A stretch of DNA of 64,000 bases from contig QZIM01000006.1 in NCBI GenBank assembly GCA_003599055.1, positions 24,615-88,614 on the forward strand, read 5' to 3'. The translations under genes and the position numbers were made by a program. The stretch is from Candidatus Woesearchaeota archaeon. Lineage in GTDB: Archaea > Nanobdellota > Nanobdellia > Woesearchaeales > ARS49. Under the pieces are notes generated by a model. That model did not search any database and was not told the origin of the DNA. It saw only the letters and a list, made by a program, of their open reading frames with translations. Numbering within the stretch: the stretch's first letter is position 1; the number at the start of each line of letters is the position of its first letter. Shown here one piece after another: positions 17,859 through 27,197 of this stretch.

Positions 17859-18710
17859 ATGCAGGAAGAACAGAAGTCAGAACAAACGGAAGTACTTCGA
17901 GAAGAAATAGACACGCTTCGCGAAACCCTGAGTGAGATTTCAGACCAAAAAGAAGAACTCTTCCAAAAACGCTCAGGCCTTGGCAAAAACATTTCTGAAC
18001 TCATCGCCAAAATAAAACAGCTCAAGGAAGAGCGCAATGCGCTCACCGACCAGGTCAAGGCGGCAAAAGAAAAACGCAGCAAAATAACCGCTGAACTCCG
18101 CGAAAAAATCGACCAGCACAAAAAACTCATCGCAGACAAAAAAGACCTGCCAAAACCAACCGGCAAAGACCCAAGATTCCTCAAAAAACAAATCGAAAGC
18201 ATCGAATACAAAATCCAAACCGAAGCGCCATCTTGGGAGAAAGAACAAAAGCTCATGAAAACCCTGCGCGAGCTCAAAAAAGAATACAACGCAAGCGCAG
18301 CAAGCCACAAGGCATACGAAGCCAGCGGAGCCCTTGGCAGCGCCATTTCCCAACTCAAAAGACAAGCAGACGCACTCCACGCAGAAATCCAGCAAAAAGC
18401 AAAATCAAGCCAGGAAAAACACGAACAACTACTCAAACTCTCCGCACAAGTTGACGAACTCAAGAAACAGGAAGGGGAAGTCTTCGAACAAATCGGCGAG
18501 AAAAAAGCAGAAATTGCCGAAAAAGCACGCCCCCTTGACGAGAAACGCAAAAAACTCCACGCACAGGCAGAATTGGGCCGCCAACAAAGCGAACGGCAAA
18601 AAAGAAAGAAGCTCTCAGAATTACGCGCGGAAGTTGAGATGAAAATCAAGAACAAACAAAAACTCACGACACAAGACTTACTGATTTTACAGAGCGCGCC
18701 GGAAGAATGA
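17859..18710 (+). CDS. Archaeal coiled-coil protein (COG1340-like)
   Basis: Lys/Glu-rich coiled coil with IEYKIQTE...EKEQKLM and C-terminal KLTTQDLLILQ. Confidence 0.8.
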   Translation: MQEEQKSEQTEVLREEIDTLRETLSEISDQKEELFQKRSGLGKNISELIAKIKQLKEERNALTDQVKAAKEKRSKITAELREKIDQHKKLIADKKDLPKPTGKDPRFLKKQIESIEYKIQTEAPSWEKEQKLMKTLRELKKEYNASAASHKAYEASGALGSAISQLKRQADALHAEIQQKAKSSQEKHEQLLKLSAQVDELKKQEGEVFEQIGEKKAEIAEKARPLDEKRKKLHAQAELGRQQSERQKRKKLSELRAEVEMKIKNKQKLTTQDLLILQSAPEE

Positions 18711-19078
18711 GCGAAGAATTCTTTCGCGTGATTGCCGGCACACAAGGCATTTATGCCGCAGTTGAGCGCGACTGTCCGCGAAATGATGCACGCAGAAAAA
18801 ACAAGCCGGACGGCAGCTGGCTCCCAAAAGAAGGACCAAAACACCCCGGCGCAATCTCGTTTTGGAAAGAGTTCGGACTTCAGAAGTATATTGCTTCAGG
18901 GCTTCTTGGCTGGCACGCCTTCGTTGTCAAAGAGCCAATTCAGGTACAAATCATATCACGACCGCCAAAAATCCTGCACGAAGACGACTACCAAATAATT
19001 TGCATACCTGCGGATGTTCAGATTCTGCGCGAAGAGCCGCTTGAACAATTTCTCGCGCATAGGACGGTCCCAGAATAG
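18707..19078 (+). CDS. Hypothetical protein
   Basis: ATGA overlap with upstream gene; 123 aa. Confidence 0.7.
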   Translation: MSEEFFRVIAGTQGIYAAVERDCPRNDARRKNKPDGSWLPKEGPKHPGAISFWKEFGLQKYIASGLLGWHAFVVKEPIQVQIISRPPKILHEDDYQIICIPADVQILREEPLEQFLAHRTVPE

Positions 19079-19159
19079 GACTCGGGACCATCTCATTCTT
19101 GGAAATTTTCCGAAATATTGAACGACAGGTTTAAGAATACAATTCCCTCCTTAACCAAT

Positions 19160-19399
19160 ATGAATACTGAAACTATCCAAATTCACAAGAAAGAAACTTC
19201 CAAGAACAAACTCTTGGAAGATATTACGCTCCCGCTTGAACTTGGACTGGAAGCCATACGCGCAGGAAAAGTCAAGCGCGTACGACATCTTGTGCGACCT
19301 GAAATTAAAGACGACCTTCTCTGGCAGCTTGAAGAAAGCCTAAAAGACATCAAAGCGGGCAGAGTGACTCTGTTCAAACCCTCAACGAAGCAACGCTAA
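19160..19399 (+). CDS. Putative antitoxin with internally duplicated motif
   Basis: LELGLEAIRAGKV and LEESLKDIKAGRV, resembling C-terminal motifs of RelE/ParE-partner antitoxins; TTTAAG box at 19130. Confidence 0.55.
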   Translation: MNTETIQIHKKETSKNKLLEDITLPLELGLEAIRAGKVKRVRHLVRPEIKDDLLWQLEESLKDIKAGRVTLFKPSTKQR

Positions 19400-19687
19400 G
19401 TATTTCTCTTTGTTTTTCATGATAAACCCAATTATACTTCCCTGTTCTTTCTTTGTTGCAAATGCCACGAGCACTGCACCCGTTCGCTTTTCGTTAACGA
19501 CATAAAGCAAGCGCTTGCCTCTGCACTTTCGTTCGCGCAACCAATCGCAACCCAGCGGCTTGCCTCCCGTTAAATCGCGCTCCAACCTACAGAACACGCG
19601 GTCAATCCACTTACGCTCAACGTAATCCAATTTTCCATATTGCTGGCGGAATAAATCAGTCTGCCCAATACTATTCATTAACCGCAC
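19382..19687 (-). CDS. RelE/ParE-like toxin-fold protein
   Basis: TDLFRQQYGKL...GKPL...LRERK...RLLYVVNE...VLVAF; size and basicity fit the RelE fold. Confidence 0.6.
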   Translation of the reverse strand: MRLMNSIGQTDLFRQQYGKLDYVERKWIDRVFCRLERDLTGGKPLGCDWLRERKCRGKRLLYVVNEKRTGAVLVAFATKKEQGSIIGFIMKNKEKYLALLR

Positions 19688-19733
19688 AAGATAGCTGCGA
19701 TTAATATGCCTTCGCAGAAAAAACCCGGAACGT

Positions 19734-20057
19734 TTACTTCCTCTTCAACTTCTCAAAGAACTCACGAACCCGCTCATCTCCGCGAACGGCTGCTTTTGGG
19801 CCGAGCTTGTAGTATTTTTTTTCGACCATTGAACCCCAACTGTACTCGCCTTTTTCCTGCTTGATTTCCGCAAGCTCAAACTCACCGAGCTTCACCCCCT
19901 TGCGCAGGTTGTAGTAAATATTTTCTCTTGTGCACGGCGGGAAAAGCTCATTGTACCAGCGGTGAATCTTATAGCCGTACTCCGGTCCAATCACGGCAAG
20001 CATTTCCACAATATTTTGCCGAATATCCGACCTGACCGGACGGCCCCTTTGCGCCAC
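19734..20057 (-). CDS. Winged-helix (PadR-like) protein
   Basis: RGRP...YGYKIHR...IYYNLRKG...KKYYKLG; GAGGTG RBS supports GTG start at 20057. Confidence 0.75.
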   Translation of the reverse strand: MAQRGRPVRSDIRQNIVEMLAVIGPEYGYKIHRWYNELFPPCTRENIYYNLRKGVKLGEFELAEIKQEKGEYSWGSMVEKKYYKLGPKAAVRGDERVREFFEKLKRK

Positions 20058-20067
20058 TAGCAACACC

Positions 20068-20505
20068 TCATTTGAGAACCGCCTCAGTTGCCATCAACGC
20101 CATCACGTGCCGCATCAACTGCGCGTATTGCGCATTCAAATTCTGAAAGACAACTTCACGATTTTCCGCACTATAAAAAGACTCGGCAAGACTGCCGATT
20201 GACTCAATATCGCCGTGAATCTGCGCAAGCTCGCTTTCCATCTCGTGAAGCGCCTTTTCCGCACCCCGAAAACGAACCGCAGACTTTTCCAACATCAATG
20301 CCCCAATAACCTTCTTTGCCTCGTGCACGTGCTCATTCATTTGGTCACAGGAACGCCGAATACGCCTCCCTATCACCTCTGCCTTTGCAAGCTCAAGCGG
20401 AGACTTTGCCAGCACGAACTCATCAAGGTCCAAAAGCCCCTGCGAAACCTCACGCACCAATGCCGCAACCTTTTCCTCCTCCGCAAACAAACGGCCCAGC
20501 TTCAC
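20068..20505 (-). CDS. Hypothetical helical protein
   Basis: Overlaps the ppsA stop by 4 nt; 145 aa. Confidence 0.7.
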   Translation of the reverse strand: MKLGRLFAEEEKVAALVREVSQGLLDLDEFVLAKSPLELAKAEVIGRRIRRSCDQMNEHVHEAKKVIGALMLEKSAVRFRGAEKALHEMESELAQIHGDIESIGSLAESFYSAENREVVFQNLNAQYAQLMRHVMALMATEAVLK

Positions 20506-22916
20506 TTTTTCTTCCTCTTCTTCTCATATTCCGCAATCACCAGACTTGTCCGCACAACCGCGTCGGGCGAAAGGCTGATACTGTCAATTCCGCAATCAAC
20601 CAAAAACTCCGCAAACTCATCATACGTTGAAGGCGCATCGCCGCAAATACCTATCTTTTTCTTGTGCTCCTTTGCAACGCTAATCACGTGCTGAACCATC
20701 CGCTTCACCGCGGGGCTTCGCTCATCATAAATGTCCGCCACAAGCTCACTGTCACGGTCAACGCCCAGCGTCATTTGCGTCAAGTCATTGCTCCCGATGC
20801 TAAACCCGTCAAACACCCCGCAGAACTCGTCAGCGAGAATAACATTGCTTGGGACTTCGCACATCACGTACACCTGCAAGTCATTCTTCCCGCGCTCAAG
20901 ACCGTTCTCCTTCATCACCTGCAAGACTTTCCTCCCTTCCTCAGGAGTCCTGCACACCGGCACCATTACCTTGAGGTTGCGCAGGCCAAATTCCTCCCGC
21001 ACCTTCTTTATCGCACGACACTCAAGCGCGAAACCCTCCCTGTAACCGGGCTTGTAATACCGGGACGCACCGCGCCAGCCAATCATCGGATTCTCCTCCT
21101 TTGGCTCAAAATACTTCCCGCCAATGAGGTTCACATACTCGTTTGTCTTAAAGTCGCTGAAGCGCAAAATAACATCCTTCGGATAGAACGCCGCTGCAAT
21201 CAGACCCACCCCTTGGGCGAGCTTGTCCACAAAAAATTCCCGCTTATCCTTATACCCTGCAGTCAGCTTCTCTATCTGCCTTCGCACATCCGCGTCCTTT
21301 ACCTTCTCAAAATGAATGAGCGCCATCGGATGAATCTTAATGTACTCATTCACGATAAACTCCTCACGCGCAAGGCCCACCCCGTCATTTGGCAAAAAGC
21401 TGAGCTCAAAGGCCTGGTCGGGATTGCCCACATTCATCATAATTTTTGTCTTTGGCCGAGGCGCCTCCTTTAAGTCAATCCTGTTCACCTTAAACTTCAA
21501 AAGACCGTCGTAGACAACCCCGTGCTCGCCCTCTGCGCACGACACGGTCACCTTTTGGCCCGTCCTAATTTTCTGCGTTGCATCGTTCGTTCCGACAATA
21601 CACGGAATGCCGATTTCCCTACTCACAATCGCCGCGTGGCTTGTTCGCCCGCCCCGATTTGTCACAATCGCGCTTGCAAGCCGCATAATCGGAACCCAAT
21701 CCGGGTCAGTCATTTCCGTCACGAGCACTTCGCCTTTGCGGAACTGGCTGATATCGCGCACATCACGAATCACGTGCGCAGCCCCTTGCGCAATCTTATT
21801 CCCCACACTTTTCCCAACCGCAAGCACCTTTCCCTTTTGCATCATCTTATACTCTTCAAGCACTGAGCGGTCCTTTCGCGAGTGAACGCTCTCGGGACGC
21901 GCCTGCACGATATACAGCTCGTGATTGCGCCCATCCTTTGCCCACTCAATATCCATCGGAACCCACCTGCTGCGCTTTTGGCTGTAATAATCCTCAATCG
22001 CCATCGCCCAGGACGCAAGGGTTAGCACCTCATCATCCGAAAGACAAAACTTTGCGCGCTCAGGAGCGGGCGTGTCAATAATCCTTGTCGCCTTACTCCC
22101 CTCCTCCGCATAAATCATCTTCGTTGCCTTCTCACCCAAACGCTTGTCAATAATCGGGCGATACTTGTGATTCAGCGTCGGCTTAAACACGAAAAACTCA
22201 TCCGGGTTCACCGCGCCCTGCACCACCATCTCCCCAAGACCGTAACTTCCCGTCACAAACACCACGCCCGGAAAACCGGTCTCCGTATCAAGCGTGAAAA
22301 TAACCCCGCTTGCGGCAAGGTCTGAGCGAACCATCCGCTGCACGCCAATTGAAAGGTACACCTTGAAATGGTCAAACCCGTTTTCCGTCCTATAGGCAAT
22401 CGCGCGATTTGTGAACAAAGACGCAAAACACCTGCGGCACGCATCCATTAGCTCGTGCGCGCCACGCACATTCAAAAACGTCTCCTGCTGGCCCGCAAAA
22501 CTTGCCTCAGGCAAATCTTCCGCCGTTGCTGATGAGCGAACGGCAACATCAGTATTATGGACCTTTGACTCCCTGCACAATTTTTGATACGCTTCCTCAA
22601 TTGCACGCTTTAACTCTTCCGGGAACTCACAGCGCAAAATAATCTCACGCGCCTTCCTTCCCGCCTCGGAGAGCTTGCGCACGTTCCGCACGTCAAGCCC
22701 CTTGAGCGCTGCCTTTAACTCAGCCTCAACACCGGACTTTTCCAGCAAGAAACGATACGCATATGCAGTAATTGCAAAACCATTCGGAACCTTAACCCCT
22801 TTTTTTGAAAGGTTCTGATACATTTCACCAAGACTTGCATTTTTTCCGCCGACCAGACCCACATCATCAATGCCAACCTGGTCAAACCAGAGGATAAGCT
22901 CCCTTGAACGATCCAT
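20502..22916 (-). CDS. ppsA: Phosphoenolpyruvate synthase
   Basis: VGGKNASLGEM, AVRSSATAEDLPEASFAGQQ, GGRTSHAAIVSRE, FSIGSNDLTQ. Confidence 0.98.
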   Translation of the reverse strand: MDRSRELILWFDQVGIDDVGLVGGKNASLGEMYQNLSKKGVKVPNGFAITAYAYRFLLEKSGVEAELKAALKGLDVRNVRKLSEAGRKAREIILRCEFPEELKRAIEEAYQKLCRESKVHNTDVAVRSSATAEDLPEASFAGQQETFLNVRGAHELMDACRRCFASLFTNRAIAYRTENGFDHFKVYLSIGVQRMVRSDLAASGVIFTLDTETGFPGVVFVTGSYGLGEMVVQGAVNPDEFFVFKPTLNHKYRPIIDKRLGEKATKMIYAEEGSKATRIIDTPAPERAKFCLSDDEVLTLASWAMAIEDYYSQKRSRWVPMDIEWAKDGRNHELYIVQARPESVHSRKDRSVLEEYKMMQKGKVLAVGKSVGNKIAQGAAHVIRDVRDISQFRKGEVLVTEMTDPDWVPIMRLASAIVTNRGGRTSHAAIVSREIGIPCIVGTNDATQKIRTGQKVTVSCAEGEHGVVYDGLLKFKVNRIDLKEAPRPKTKIMMNVGNPDQAFELSFLPNDGVGLAREEFIVNEYIKIHPMALIHFEKVKDADVRRQIEKLTAGYKDKREFFVDKLAQGVGLIAAAFYPKDVILRFSDFKTNEYVNLIGGKYFEPKEENPMIGWRGASRYYKPGYREGFALECRAIKKVREEFGLRNLKVMVPVCRTPEEGRKVLQVMKENGLERGKNDLQVYVMCEVPSNVILADEFCGVFDGFSIGSNDLTQMTLGVDRDSELVADIYDERSPAVKRMVQHVISVAKEHKKKIGICGDAPSTYDEFAEFLVDCGIDSISLSPDAVVRTSLVIAEYEKKRKKK

Positions 22917-23023
22917 AACACACCCCTTTTCAAAACCAGTGAAAGAAAATCGCTTATTTAAATATTCCTTTTTGCGCCCTGCCGTACCACACACATTTAA
23001 ACCTGTGCCCACGCCTAACTTTT

Positions 23024-23929
23024 ATGAACCCGCTCATCCTCTCACACGTCAAAAAAACCTTCCCCGGCAAAACCGGACCCATCGTTGCCCTTCGCGACGC
23101 AGACTTCGCCATTGAAGAAGGAGAAATCTTCGGACTCCTTGGCCCCAACGGCGCAGGCAAAACAACCATCATCAACATCGCCTTAAACCTTCTCAAGCCG
23201 GACAGCGGAGAAGTACGGATTTTTGGCGAAAAACCCAGCCCGAACGTCCTTCGCCAAATCAACCTCATCGCCGGCGGCTCCTCATTTCACTGGGCGCAAA
23301 CCCCAAAAGATATCCTCACCTTCTTCTCCAAAGCATACCACATTCCCGACCGCGACAAAAAAATCGCAGAAGTCCTGCAAAAAACACGCACCGAACACCT
23401 GCAAGACCGCAAATTCAGCTGGCTCTCCACCGGTGAACGCCTGCGCGTCGCATTTGCCAAAGCACTCCTCAATTCACCAAAACTCCTCTTAATGGACGAG
23501 CCAACATTAGGCCTTGACCCCGACGTTGCACGCCAAATCAGAAAAGAAGTCCTCGACCTTAAAAAAAGCGGCACGACCATCCTCTTAACGACACACTATA
23601 TGCACGAAGTCGAACAGCTCTGCGACCGCATCGGATTCATCTATCGCGGACAAATCATTGACATTGGGCGCGTCAAAGAAGTCAAGCTCAAGCACTTCGG
23701 CACGTACGACGCCATCTTAACGCTCAACAAAAAGCCAAGCGCACGGCTTGCAAAAGACCTCGCCCTCACCGTGAAAGAAAATAAAGCCAAAGCCACCCTT
23801 GAAAGCGAAGACGCGCTTGCAAACCTCCTTGCCGCAGTGCACACCGCCGGCTACAAAATCATTGACATCCACCTCAAAAAGCCCAGCCTTGAAGACTACT
23901 TTATCAAAATCACCGGAGAACAACAATGA
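23024..23929 (+). CDS. ABC transporter ATP-binding protein
   Basis: GPNGAGKTT, LSTGE signature, LLMDEPT, TTH. Confidence 0.95.
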   Translation: MNPLILSHVKKTFPGKTGPIVALRDADFAIEEGEIFGLLGPNGAGKTTIINIALNLLKPDSGEVRIFGEKPSPNVLRQINLIAGGSSFHWAQTPKDILTFFSKAYHIPDRDKKIAEVLQKTRTEHLQDRKFSWLSTGERLRVAFAKALLNSPKLLLMDEPTLGLDPDVARQIRKEVLDLKKSGTTILLTTHYMHEVEQLCDRIGFIYRGQIIDIGRVKEVKLKHFGTYDAILTLNKKPSARLAKDLALTVKENKAKATLESEDALANLLAAVHTAGYKIIDIHLKKPSLEDYFIKITGEQQ

Positions 23930-24705
23930 GAGCACGCAACATCCTTGCCGTCATGTGGAACGACCTTAAAATCCTTCGGCGAAACCAATACCGCCTCATT
24001 GACATCTTATACTTTCCAATCATCACTGCACTCATCTGGGGACTCTACGCCACGTACACAAAAACATTCGCCCTTGAAGCAGGACTCGTCGTTTTGATAT
24101 CAAACCTTTACTGGTCCTATTCGCTCCTCTGCCAGCAACAAAGCAACTACCTTGTCATGGAAGACCTCTGGAGCAACAGCCTTCGGCAAGTCCTCGTTGC
24201 AGGCATCACCGAATTCGAATACCTCATTGCAAAGCTTGCAACCACCACCATCGGCGCAACCGCAGTCGGAACCGCACTCCTCCTTATCGCACAACACTTT
24301 GGCGCGCCGCTCTTTGCAAACCTGCACGTCACACTCCTTTTGGCCCTTGCCGCATTCCTTGGCAGCATGGCCCTTGGCATCATCGTCACCGGCATCGTCA
24401 TTGCCGCAGGAAAAGAATACCAGTTTTTGGCGTGGAGCACGCTGGAACTGTTCGTGTTCTTCTCCGCGCCATTCTATCCCGCAGACCTTCTGCCCTCATT
24501 CATTCGATGGATATCAGACGTGATGCCCTTTACCTCGCTCTTCGAAGGAGCACGCCTCCTTGCAACCGGCGGCAGCGTGCCCCCTGCACTCATTGGAGCA
24601 GCACTCATCGCAAGCGGAGCATACTTCATTTTGGCGTGGCCGTTCTACGCGTGGTGCTTTAAACGGGCGAGGCGCAGCGGGCAGTTAGCACGAATTGCGA
24701 CCTAA
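23926..24705 (+). CDS. ABC-2 type exporter permease
   Basis: About six hydrophobic helices, FSAPFYP...LP...PFT motif; coupled to the ATPase gene. Confidence 0.9.
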   Translation: MRARNILAVMWNDLKILRRNQYRLIDILYFPIITALIWGLYATYTKTFALEAGLVVLISNLYWSYSLLCQQQSNYLVMEDLWSNSLRQVLVAGITEFEYLIAKLATTTIGATAVGTALLLIAQHFGAPLFANLHVTLLLALAAFLGSMALGIIVTGIVIAAGKEYQFLAWSTLELFVFFSAPFYPADLLPSFIRWISDVMPFTSLFEGARLLATGGSVPPALIGAALIASGAYFILAWPFYAWCFKRARRSGQLARIAT

Positions 24706-24766
24706 TCGGTAAACTTTCCGGCTTTTTTACCGCAACACACAAAAAGCGACCTGCAATCAATAGTCT

Positions 24767-25108
24767 ATGCGCGAATACCTTATCTCAGCAACACTCCTTT
24801 TTGGCGGGTGCGCACTCCCAAACACCCAACACCATTATGAAAAAACCGCGCCCCCCTGCAGAACCGCACAAACCGACAGGCTTGAAGAAAAAGTAACTCC
24901 CGTGCAAAAACCACCCCAAAGAGAACCCGAACACACCAATGAAACTGCAACCACACAAAAACACCAAAACAACCACGAATACCTTCTCGCATACCTCGCC
25001 CTTGCAACAGGAACCCTCGGAATGCTCGCAGTCAAATATGCCTACGAAGCACACGCATCATACATCCCGCCTGATTCACTTGCAACCGACGAATGCTCAC
25101 AGGAGTGA
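24767..25108 (+). CDS. Hypothetical lipoprotein-like membrane protein
   Basis: Short signal ending FGGC and a C-terminal hydrophobic helix. Confidence 0.5.
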   Translation: MREYLISATLLFGGCALPNTQHHYEKTAPPCRTAQTDRLEEKVTPVQKPPQREPEHTNETATTQKHQNNHEYLLAYLALATGTLGMLAVKYAYEAHASYIPPDSLATDECSQE

Positions 25109-25259
25109 AAGCACAAGAACAAGCACGACCGCAAGACAGACCAGCTCACGCCGAAACGGAAGACCCGCCGCGCGGCCTTTTGGCATTGCCGCCTCACTAT
25201 ACCGCCTATCGTAATACACGTCTTCTCACCCACAACAAAAAATGTGAAATTAAAAAAAA

Positions 25260-25631
25260 TTACTCTTCGCTTGCAAGCACCCAAATCGTCTTGAACGCGA
25301 CAATTAAGGCAGCAGGGAACACAAACGTTACCACATTGCCCAAAATGACTGCCGCAGTGTAGCCAAGCTGAATAATATCGCCCGCCGCGTCAGCCGCGAT
25401 AACAAGCGCCACAGTTGCCACCAAAAACTGCTCGGTTTCCCGCGCCGTGATGTTCAAAAGGCCAACAATAAGGCCAAGCCCCACGAGCACCCACGCAATC
25501 TTGGGCGTCTGAAGCGCAGGAACAAGCCCTGCAATCACTGCAAGCACAACCCCAATGAGGAACGCCCAGTGACCGACTTTGGAATCACGAACCGGCATAA
25601 CCGGCATAGACCGAACAACTCTTTTTGCCAT
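25260..25631 (-). CDS. Small integral membrane protein
   Basis: Four hydrophobic helices; GLIVGLLNIT..E...FL motif; TATA-like box upstream. Confidence 0.8.
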   Translation of the reverse strand: MAKRVVRSMPVMPVRDSKVGHWAFLIGVVLAVIAGLVPALQTPKIAWVLVGLGLIVGLLNITARETEQFLVATVALVIAADAAGDIIQLGYTAAVILGNVVTFVFPAALIVAFKTIWVLASEE

Positions 25632-25726
25632 ACAAAGACTTGAACAATGACGATATAAAAGGTTATGTTATTACCTGAGAGTTGTTAGTAGTTGGTTTTC
25701 AGTTTTCAGTTATCAGTGCTCAGTAT

Positions 25727-26692
25727 TCAAAGACCATCCAAAATACCGTGCGCACTCTGCGAACGCGCCAATTGCCCGAAACGCTCCCTTGTCTTTACCG
25801 CAAACTGCAACGCAAGCTGGCCCTCCTCCTCTCTTGTCACCTGCGCCATCCTGTCCGCATCAAGAAGACCATACGGATAGCCCAAAAACACCGGGTCACG
25901 CGCATTTTCGGCAAGCGCAGAAACCCCCGCGCCAAAAAGAGAACGCTCGCCCAGAACGTCACAGCGGAACACATACCGCGAACGCTCGTGCAACTTCAAA
26001 AAACACACTGACTTCTTCGCATCAAAACACCACGGCTGCCTTGGACCCTTTTGCATCAGCACCTCTGTTGCGCTCCGACCCGTGTCCGTGAGCAAAGCTG
26101 ACGTCTTGGAAACTCCGAACACGATCACCCTTGATTGCAGCGCCAAGCGCTCAATCCCCTTGCGCACATCAGTCAGCAACTCCCCCTCAAAATCAAGGTC
26201 ACCGTCACGAACGACCACTCCGCCCTCACCCACCCTATTGACCAGCCGCTCAACCATTGCAAACTCAAGCCACTTACGCACCACACCCAACACGGTTTCA
26301 GGACGCGCACGCCTGCCGCCGAGCGCAAGCAACGGGTCATACGCATCAAAAACCAAATTATTCGTCAACTGCCCATCCGTCCTTAGCAGCGACGCCTCCA
26401 ATTTCCGCTCACCGCGCGCCACAACCACCACAAACCGCTCATCGAACATCCGCTCACGGCGAGAGCCATACAAACAACCATACGTTCGCACAAAACCCAC
26501 CACCGCGCCCGCACCCGCAAGCAAAACGCCACTCCCCGCATCCACGAACGCCAAACGAGGACCCGCACCTGCATTCACCTGCGAAAAAAACTCACCCGTA
26601 AGCTCAAGAGACTCCTTCCCGCACACAATCTTTTGTCCCGCATCCGCCCTCGCACCATCAAGCGCGGACGCCACCGCATCAAAACCCAGCAT
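25727..26692 (-). CDS. NurA-family nuclease
   Basis: LAFVDAGS, LEF, VVVRDGDL, GVSKTS, GYPYGLLDADRMAQV motifs. Confidence 0.8.
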   Translation of the reverse strand: MLGFDAVASALDGARADAGQKIVCGKESLELTGEFFSQVNAGAGPRLAFVDAGSGVLLAGAGAVVGFVRTYGCLYGSRRERMFDERFVVVVARGERKLEASLLRTDGQLTNNLVFDAYDPLLALGGRRARPETVLGVVRKWLEFAMVERLVNRVGEGGVVVRDGDLDFEGELLTDVRKGIERLALQSRVIVFGVSKTSALLTDTGRSATEVLMQKGPRQPWCFDAKKSVCFLKLHERSRYVFRCDVLGERSLFGAGVSALAENARDPVFLGYPYGLLDADRMAQVTREEEGQLALQFAVKTRERFGQLARSQSAHGILDGL

Positions 26693-26735
26693 ACCCCAAA
26701 AAAGCAAACCGGCAAGATAAAAGAATATCGCAACT

Positions 26736-27197
26736 CTAGATAATACTCAACAACCTAAACCCGCCAAGCGTCACACCCATAACCAAAAGCCCTGCCGCAA
26801 ACACCCCCACCGCCACCGCGGCAAACGCCTTTGGCCGAGACATCCCCAAAAACCACGCCGCAGCCATCCCCGTCCACGCACCCGTCCCCGGAAGCGGAAG
26901 CGCGACAAAAAGCGCAAAACCCGGAATCCCGTATTTTTCAACATACGGGTGCACCTTCCTTCTTGTCCGCTCCATATACCGGTCAAAACGGGAACGATAC
27001 CCGTCGTGATGCATAAACCGACGATGAATAAACTCAAAAAAAACAAACACCACCGGAAGCACCGCAACATTCGCAAGATAACACAAAACAAACACGAGAA
27101 CAGGATTATAGCCCGCGGCAATCCCCACCGGAATCCCCGCCCGCAACTCCGTGAGCGGAGCCATACTCAACAGCACCGCAATAACCAGCCCGTTCAC
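26736..27197 (-). CDS. COG2426 small multidrug export-family membrane protein
   Basis: SMAPLTELRAGIP and FVALPLPGTGAWTG motifs. Confidence 0.9.
   Translation of the reverse strand: MNGLVIAVLLSMAPLTELRAGIPVGIAAGYNPVLVFVLCYLANVAVLPVVFVFFEFIHRRFMHHDGYRSRFDRYMERTRRKVHPYVEKYGIPGFALFVALPLPGTGAWTGMAAAWFLGMSRPKAFAAVAVGVFAAGLLVMGVTLGGFRLLSII

Noticed and set aside
13485..18844. Long antisense ORFs (e.g. 13485-14330, 15912-16613, 17816-18844)
   Set aside because: Shadows of well-identified genes, produced by the codon bias that depletes stops on the opposite strand.
25093..25362. Additional gene after the 24767 ORF
   Set aside because: Overlaps both neighbours and has no coherent protein features.
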